A stretch of 64,000 nt of DNA, taken from a virus. The translations under genes and the position numbers were made by a program. Positions 58,677-64,000 of the stretch are shown here, piece after piece. The DNA lies in IMG/VR virus record IMGVR_UViG_3300021185_003351, positions 108,974 through 172,973 of that record. One strand, 5' to 3'. Each line of letters starts with the position of its first letter. Positions within the stretch are counted from its first letter, which is position 1. The notes under the pieces are model-generated. The model was given only the letters and a program-made list of their open reading frames with translations. It was not told where the DNA came from and searched no databases.

Positions 58677-58705
58677 TTGGATTTTTGGTTGTTTCTTCTT
58701 ATTAT
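58677..58705 (+). promoter_or_regulatory. Class M promoter TTGGAT-N17-TATTAT
   Basis: Motif match. Confidence 0.75.
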
Positions 58706-58723
58706 ATAGAAAAATAAAAAGAT

Positions 58724-58978
58724 ATGACAAAAGCTAGCACATTTTACAAAAGGAATTATACCAACGGCTATCAGGCAAAAGTAGAATATTGGTCAACGGA
58801 GTTAGCTATATATACTAAGTATGAAGCTCAGGACAAGATGTTAATGGCCAAAAAGAAGTTAGATTACTTTGTAGATAAGCAAATAGAATACCTGAACAAG
58901 AAACAGCATGATCTCCTAGCAGAAAGAATAGGAGTAGTCAGCCAAGACGGATTTGAAATAAAGACAATCCAGAAATAA
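58724..58978 (+). CDS. Hypothetical protein
   Basis: Follows a promoter. Confidence 0.65.
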   Translation: MTKASTFYKRNYTNGYQAKVEYWSTELAIYTKYEAQDKMLMAKKKLDYFVDKQIEYLNKKQHDLLAERIGVVSQDGFEIKTIQK

Positions 58979-59029
58979 AAAGATATCGCCCTGGTATATG
59001 GCATCATTATATACTCATATCTCTAAAGT

Positions 59030-59062
59030 GGGAGCAGACTTCATATCCCTGCTCCCTTTCTT
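59030..59062 (+). terminator. Intrinsic terminator-like hairpin
   Basis: GGGAGCAG-N11-CTGCTCCC followed by TTTCTT. Confidence 0.65.
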
Positions 59063-59178
59063 ACTTTCAGGATACTTTGTAATTCAAAGTACTTTGTTTA
59101 AACTTTTCTGGTAAAAAGGTTGACACGTGTACTTTTTTTCCTTATATTTAAGTAATTAATAATTAAAAAATAGAGAAT

Positions 59179-59430
59179 ATGACAAGAGCGAATTTATTAT
59201 CAAAAATAGAAGAGACATATAATAAGATATATGCATTCACAGACAGAATGGATGACGAGGCATTAAATGTATTAGATGAGTATGTGAGTCAATATAAATT
59301 AGATGAGGAGTATAGTATATTAATAGAGGCACTGTGCGATGATTACGATCCCACTAATTTATCCAAAGACACTTTATCATATTTATTGGATGCACATAAA
59401 GAAGCATTATCTGATTTGAGGTGTGAATAA
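59179..59430 (+). CDS. Small acidic early protein
   Basis: Cassette 1 ORF. Confidence 0.7.
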   Translation: MTRANLLSKIEETYNKIYAFTDRMDDEALNVLDEYVSQYKLDEEYSILIEALCDDYDPTNLSKDTLSYLLDAHKEALSDLRCE

Positions 59431-59516
59431 CTTTTTTAAAAATAAATGCAAAAAAATTAGGATCCGAACAAAAAAATGCTTATATTTAAGTAATTAATAA
59501 TTAAAAAATAGAGAAT

Positions 59517-59687
59517 ATGAATAATGATATAAAAAATGAGTACACAAATTGCCTAAAAAATATTGAAGACAAATTACAATTTGCTTTCAGTGATTTAGAA
59601 GAAAATGGCAATTACATCCAAAATGAAATTTACAGAACCATTAGAACCCAAATAGATACATTATATAATAATATAATTAATTCTTAA
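59517..59687 (+). CDS. Small early protein (56 aa), not in the ORF track
   Basis: Cassette 2 ORF with a leader identical to cassette 1. Confidence 0.65.
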   Translation: MNNDIKNEYTNCLKNIEDKLQFAFSDLEENGNYIQNEIYRTIRTQIDTLYNNIINS

Positions 59688-59770
59688 TAACTTTTTTAAA
59701 AAAAATATAGGGAAAAGGTTGACTCGCATTGATTTTTTCCTTATATTTAAGTAATTAAAATTTAAAGGAT

Positions 59771-60145
59771 ATGGATATATTAAAAGAAGTAGTAGAAGTA
59801 ACGTATACGGAGATAGTCTCAGTATGTTTATTATGTGTAACGTTAGGCATAATAGTAGCAATGGTAATTGAAGAATTTAAAAAATAGGATATGAAAATGA
59901 ATGGAGGTTTACAAGCACATTGGCAAGACGAATGGATATTGTTAAAAAGAAAATGGAATATGATGCATCCCGATGAAAGAGGTAAATGGGAAGATTATTA
60001 TGATACAAATAGAAAATAAGATATGAATAAGATAGATAAAATAGTTAAAGAAATGATCGAGCATGCAAATAATGCCGGCACAGAAGTCGAAGAATCAAAT
60101 CCTTTAAAGAAGCTACCAGGTTTTTTGGGTACAGAAAAAGGATAA
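59771..60145 (+). CDS. Three consecutive micro-ORFs (59771-59887, 59891-60019, 60023-60145; 38-42 aa)
   Basis: Each starts after a GAT-ATG context, downstream of the cassette 3 promoter. Confidence 0.5.
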
Positions 60146-60226
60146 AAAAGTTTTAAAAAAGTTGGCAAAAGATTAGGATCCTATCCTTTTTTGCCTTATA
60201 TTTAAGTATAATTTAAAATAAAGGAT

Positions 60227-60415
60227 ATGAGTAAAAAAATGAGTAAAGGTTATGATGCGCAGGATAGAGTCCTCGCAGGATTTAGGAGAGCCGCAAAGTC
60301 TTCTAATATTAATAGTGCCGTAGCAAAAGCTATGAGAAACAAGAAAAAAGTTAAACCGCAGAATGAGGAAGTAGTTTTTAGTCCTTTGGCATTAATTCAG
60401 TTATTAAATGGGTAA
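60227..60415 (+). CDS. Small basic early protein
   Basis: Cassette 4 first ORF. Confidence 0.6.
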   Translation: MSKKMSKGYDAQDRVLAGFRRAAKSSNINSAVAKAMRNKKKVKPQNEEVVFSPLALIQLLNG

Positions 60416-61151
60416 GATATACGTAAGCACAGGCGCCGTAGTGACAGATACACCAAGCGTCAAAAAGTATATGGGAGAAATTAAGAAGGCTCCTTTATTA
60501 GATAGAGACGAAGAAACTAAATTAGCAACCGCCGCATTGGCTGGAGATAGGAAAGCTGTTAACAAGTTAGTTGAATCTAATTTGAGGTTTGCTGTACAGG
60601 TAGCTAAGCAATATCAAGGAATGGGTATTGAGTTAGAAGACTTAATTGGTTTTGCTAATATAGGATTATTTGAAGCAGCAAAGAGATTCGATCCTAGTAG
60701 AGGATTTAAATTTATATCCTTCGCTGTATGGTATGTGAGAGCTGAATTGCAGAAGTGTTTAAATGATTTAAGCAGAGTGGTAAGGATTCCATCTCACAAA
60801 ACAATGACAGAAGGAAAAGAGTTCTCAACTCTTAGTACTAGCAAAAAGGTTGGTGACGATGAAGAAAGCGAAACATATGCAGACAGATACTTATCCGGAG
60901 AGCAGTCTAAGCCTAAGCACGAGGTAACGGATTTGAAAGAAATGCTTAGTGTAGCATTGAATAGCCTAAAGCCTAAGCAAAGAGATGCCGTTAAAATGTT
61001 TTATGGTATTGACAGAGACTATGCTATGCACATGGAGCATATAGCTGAGGAGTTAAATGTTACAGGCGAAAGAGCGAGACAATTAATTAGACAAGGTGAA
61101 AAAGCTTTGCAAAGCGTTAAAGGTATAGATAAGCTATTACAATACCTTTAA
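60408..61151 (+). CDS. Phage-encoded sigma70-family factor, Bacteroidota SigA-like
   Basis: Region 1.2 KYMGEI..LLDRDEE; region 2 LVESNLRFAVQVAKQYQ..DLI..NIGL..AAKRFDPSRGFKFISFAVW; region 4.2 IAEELNVTGERARQL. Confidence 0.93.
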   Translation: MGKIYVSTGAVVTDTPSVKKYMGEIKKAPLLDRDEETKLATAALAGDRKAVNKLVESNLRFAVQVAKQYQGMGIELEDLIGFANIGLFEAAKRFDPSRGFKFISFAVWYVRAELQKCLNDLSRVVRIPSHKTMTEGKEFSTLSTSKKVGDDEESETYADRYLSGEQSKPKHEVTDLKEMLSVALNSLKPKQRDAVKMFYGIDRDYAMHMEHIAEELNVTGERARQLIRQGEKALQSVKGIDKLLQYL

Positions 61152-61234
61152 AAATAAATTAAACTTTTCTGGTAAAAGATTAGGATCCTATCAGAATTTA
61201 CCTTATATTTAAGTATAATTTAAAAAATAGAGAT

Positions 61235-61390
61235 ATGTATAGTTTATGTGCTAAGTATTATGATAAAGAGTTCGCAACGGTAGACGAACTGATGAATGAC
61301 GTAATGTTATCCGGAATGGATCCGAATTACGAAATTACCCTGAACGGCGGAGGTACCGGTGAAATGGCCTGTGATTTGTTAGTATTCTAA
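61235..61390 (+). CDS. Small early protein (51 aa), not in the ORF track
   Basis: Cassette 5 ORF, MYSLCAKYYDKEF...GMDPNYEIT. Confidence 0.65.
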   Translation: MYSLCAKYYDKEFATVDELMNDVMLSGMDPNYEITLNGGGTGEMACDLLVF

Positions 61391-61478
61391 TAGGAAAAAA
61401 AGTTTAAACTTTTCTTGAAAAAAGGTTGACACGCACGGATATTTTCCTTATATTTAAGTATAATTTAAAATTAGAGAT

Positions 61479-62414
61479 ATGAATAACATTTATAAGCCGG
61501 CCAGGATAGATGGCAAATTAGTAGCAAAGAATGTAGCTACCGGGAGTATAGCTCCAGAGAACTTAATAAGATATATACAAATTAGAAACGCTGAAAAGAA
61601 TAGTGAGTTGCTAGTTGTTAATGGTAATGGTAGAGTAAGCAGAATGCATAATACCAATTACAAAAGCAATGAGCCGCAGAAGCTAAGCTTTATGTCAGTA
61701 GTGGAAAAGAGAGATCCAAAGGTTATGTTTAATAACCTAGAAAGACTTACCAAGATGGTAGGTAGAGGTATTCAGCCTTCCTTAGTTATTACAGGCGGTG
61801 CTGGATTGGGTAAGACTTATTTGGTTAAGAAGACATTAACTGATATGGGATTAGAAGAAGCTAAGCAATTCGTTCACTTTAAAGGTAGAGCTACCGCAGC
61901 TGGATTGTTTGTAACGCTTTATGAGAATTCAGATAAGATAATTGTGTTGGATGATTGTGATAGTGTATTCAAAGACATGGATGCTGTTAATATGTTGAAA
62001 GCTGCATTGGATAGCTATGACACTAGAAAGCTTAGCTATATCAGTACTAAGCCATTGAAGGATGCCTATGGTGATCCAGTTCCTAGACACTTTGAGTTTA
62101 CCGGTAAGATAATCTTTATCTCTAATATATCTCAAAGCAAATTAGATGAGGCAATCAAATCCAGATCCTTTGTAAGTGATATTAGTATGAATACCAAGCA
62201 AATGTTCCAAAGAATAGATGACTTGAAAAATCAGATTGAAACTAAGATTCCCAATGAGGTTAAGGATAAGGCTTTGGAAATAATGAAAAGCTTGGAGAAG
62301 AAGTATGATGGAGTGGAGATTAATTTGAGATCCTTTATCAAAGCTTGTAGAATATGCGCAATGGGATTTGACAATGCCGAAGGAATGGTAGCAGAGCAGA
62401 TTATTAAGGCTTAA
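61479..62414 (+). CDS. P-loop AAA-type ATPase
   Basis: GGAGLGKT Walker A, IVLDDCDS Walker B, IFISN, AIKSRS. Confidence 0.85.
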   Translation: MNNIYKPARIDGKLVAKNVATGSIAPENLIRYIQIRNAEKNSELLVVNGNGRVSRMHNTNYKSNEPQKLSFMSVVEKRDPKVMFNNLERLTKMVGRGIQPSLVITGGAGLGKTYLVKKTLTDMGLEEAKQFVHFKGRATAAGLFVTLYENSDKIIVLDDCDSVFKDMDAVNMLKAALDSYDTRKLSYISTKPLKDAYGDPVPRHFEFTGKIIFISNISQSKLDEAIKSRSFVSDISMNTKQMFQRIDDLKNQIETKIPNEVKDKALEIMKSLEKKYDGVEINLRSFIKACRICAMGFDNAEGMVAEQIIKA

Positions 62415-62495
62415 AACTTTATTAAAAATAAAAGGCAAATGATTAGGACTTACGGATTATTTGCCTTATATTTATATAAATAAAAAATAAGAGAT

Positions 62496-62624
62496 ATGAG
62501 CAATGAAAAACAATTAGTAGGCCAAGAGTTATTAGACTTTTTAATGAGTCGATTTAATATGACTGAAGACGAAGCTCTTCAAAACTTAGCAGAGAATATT
62601 GGTAACGTTAACTTAAATAAATAA
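62496..62624 (+). CDS. Micro-ORF (42 aa), not in the ORF track
   Basis: Cassette 7 first ORF. Confidence 0.5.
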   Translation: MSNEKQLVGQELLDFLMSRFNMTEDEALQNLAENIGNVNLNK

Positions 62625-62631
62625 TCCGGAT

Positions 62632-62967
62632 ATGAAGATAAAAGAAAATATAGAAGCAGGAATGTACTTTAAATTTAAAAAAGAAGAGTTCAAGAGTTAT
62701 ACAGAGGATGTATATAATGTAGAGACAAGCAAAGATGGTTTCATAACATTGCATAGACATCATATACATAGCAAGACAGGAGAATATATTCCTACGGACT
62801 TAGTAGTAGTTAGACGCATAGGAGAGAATAGCTTAGACTATTATAAGCACGACATGTTCGGTAAGAAGACGAGAGGTCGAATACATTATAATAGTATTGA
62901 TTCGTTCTTCTATATTAAACAAGACGTAGAAGGTAAAGACTATACTCATATAGAGAAAGCCGCTTAA
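62632..62967 (+). CDS. Hypothetical protein
   Basis: 111 aa ORF. Confidence 0.65.
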   Translation: MKIKENIEAGMYFKFKKEEFKSYTEDVYNVETSKDGFITLHRHHIHSKTGEYIPTDLVVVRRIGENSLDYYKHDMFGKKTRGRIHYNSIDSFFYIKQDVEGKDYTHIEKAA

Positions 62968-63026
62968 CATATATTATAACAAGACGCCTGGACTATATTA
63001 TATATAAGTCATAAGCAAGGGCAAGG

Positions 63027-63054
63027 ATAGACTTCGGGGAGACCTGGGGTCTAT
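63027..63054 (+). other. RNA hairpin with GAGA (GNRA) loop and G-U pairs
   Basis: ATAGACTTCGGG-GAGA-CCTGGGGTCTAT. Confidence 0.5.
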
Positions 63055-63066
63055 TCTACGTTCTAA

Positions 63067-63190
63067 GGGTATAGGGGTATAACAAAGGGGTATGGGGTAT
63101 AACAAGGGGGAGGGTGGGGCAAATAGGGGGTTAAAGGGGGGGTAGGGGAGGGTTTCATTAACGCCCCCCTCCCTCCGCTCCTAGAAGGAG
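63067..63190 (+). other. G-tract-rich non-coding element (11 runs of 3 or more G) followed by a C-rich tract
   Basis: Direct reading; includes a duplicated GGGGTATAACAA. Confidence 0.85.
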
Positions 63191-63369
63191 GTGTTATACC
63201 TATTTTTATTGTGAGCATAGATTTTTTGCTATATAGGTGCTCTTTATTAGATATACAGCGTATATACATTCTAGCGCACGTAATAATTAAAGTTCTATAT
63301 AGATATATTGATTTTGTGTTTATACGGAATCACTTTAAAGTATCGCAACAAATAAAAGGCTCATATTTC

Positions 63370-63398
63370 TTTGATAATATCCATTATTTCAGTATAAT
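63370..63398 (+). promoter_or_regulatory. Class M-like promoter TTTGAT-N17-TATAAT
   Basis: Motif match, 10 nt before ATG 63409. Confidence 0.55.
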
Positions 63399-63408
63399 AT
63401 ATATAAAC

Positions 63409-63672
63409 ATGATAGACTCTTTAATATACGGGATAATAGCATCCAGCTTCATATTAGGTATAACCCGCAGCGTATTGCTCTTATATGCGAAATTTCCTCG
63501 TTTAGGGTTTGGATTGGTATACGGATCGTTAGGGGTTAAGATGTTCGCTTTAGGAGCATTTACGCTGTTGTCTAAGCCTTATATCGATAATGTGGTTATA
63601 TATGCTGCGTTTATTCTTTCTGCTATTATATATAGCAATGTATACCTTCTGCTAAAACTTCGCCGTAAATAA
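63409..63672 (+). CDS. Three-TM membrane protein (87 aa; start reassigned from 63211)
   Basis: Promoter position and ATG; hydrophobic helices. Confidence 0.6.
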   Translation: MIDSLIYGIIASSFILGITRSVLLLYAKFPRLGFGLVYGSLGVKMFALGAFTLLSKPYIDNVVIYAAFILSAIIYSNVYLLLKLRRK

Positions 63673-63684
63673 TATTTATTTTAA

Positions 63685-63867
63685 ATGTTAACTGGAATAG
63701 GAATATACTTGGGAATTGGGTTAATTTGGATTATAATACTAGAATATTCAATTTACACACTTCCGGACGAGGAAATGGATACCCCAACCGTTCTAGCAAA
63801 TTTGCTGCTATGGCCGATGATCATAGTATATTTACTTGAAGAATTTAGGAAGCGTAATGGAGGATGA
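63685..63867 (+). CDS. Small two-TM membrane protein
   Basis: Hydrophobic, LLWP motif. Confidence 0.6.
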   Translation: MLTGIGIYLGIGLIWIIILEYSIYTLPDEEMDTPTVLANLLLWPMIIVYLLEEFRKRNGG

Positions 63868-63965
63868 GTGGGATAATTGGTGGCCTAACGAGGATCTATA
63901 ATAAGTATGACCTGTAAGGGCGTACTAACGTACTAACCTTATATTTATATATAAAAGAAAAAATC

Positions 63966-64000
63966 ATGATTAAATTAAAATCACTATTATCGGAAAAATA
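63966..64000 (+). CDS. 5' end of a CDS, MIKLKSLLSEK... (partial)
   Basis: Class L motif at 63941; N-terminus matches the MIKLKxxLxE family. Confidence 0.65.
   Translation, partial: MIKLKSLLSEK

Larger units (their letters stand above)
59120..62474 (+). promoter_or_regulatory. Seven class E promoters (TTGAC(A/T) or TAGGA(T/C))-N17-TATATTTA
   Basis: -35-like hexamers at 59120, 59458, 59719, 60174, 61181, 61426, 62444, all with identical spacing to CTTATATTTA. Confidence 0.85.

Noticed and set aside
1283-63269. Minus-strand and nested alternative-frame ORFs in the track (e.g. 45827-46303, 54889-55332, 50045-50506, 63063-63269)
   Set aside because: They are shadows of well-supported + strand genes or low-complexity DNA, with no motifs or promoters
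56000-63400. tRNA genes in the intergenic gaps
   Set aside because: No cloverleaf with a T-loop GTTCRA and acceptor stem found by eye; tRNAscan-SE would be definitive
63211-63408. N-terminal extension of the 153-aa ORF
   Set aside because: GTG start in non-coding-looking DNA; a promoter motif and ATG at 63409 fit better
1-64000. Stop-codon reassignment, as seen in some large phages
   Set aside because: Conserved genes are full length in code 11, and TAA, TAG and TGA all end genes at sensible positions

Overview
A 64 kb segment of a large, AT-rich (roughly 70% AT by eye) lytic dsDNA phage with T4-like replication genes. Essentially all genes are on the + strand and read in the standard code. 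The host is very likely a Bacteroidota (Flavobacteriia-like) bacterium: there is a T9SS C-terminal sorting domain, signal peptides followed by Gln, and a Bacteroidota-type sigma factor. Left to right: (1) phoH, uvsE and a family B DNA polymerase; (2) a DNA-modification operon (unknown + QueD-like T-fold + GT-B glycosyltransferase + DpdA/TGT-like transglycosylase) running into sliding clamp, dUTPase and clamp loader; (3) a ~14.4 kb island of glycosyltransferases and sugar-modifying enzymes; (4) endolysin/holin followed by a secreted module (T9SS cargo with 19 GCxD repeats, beta-barrel-like protein, thioredoxin-fold protein, nuclease); (5) putative head-packaged proteins, a ClpS-like adaptor, an HNH protein and three LamG paralogues; (6) a MoxR AAA+/vWA pair separated by a small ORF flanked by a perfect 14-bp inverted repeat; (7) hpt, DNA ligase and many small ORFs; (8) an iteron-like non-coding region, seven repeated promoter cassettes that include a phage sigma70 gene, and a G-tract-rich non-coding element. 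Three promoter motif classes can be read from the intergenic DNA. No tRNA, rRNA or CRISPR array was seen. All functional calls come from motif recognition by eye, not database searches.
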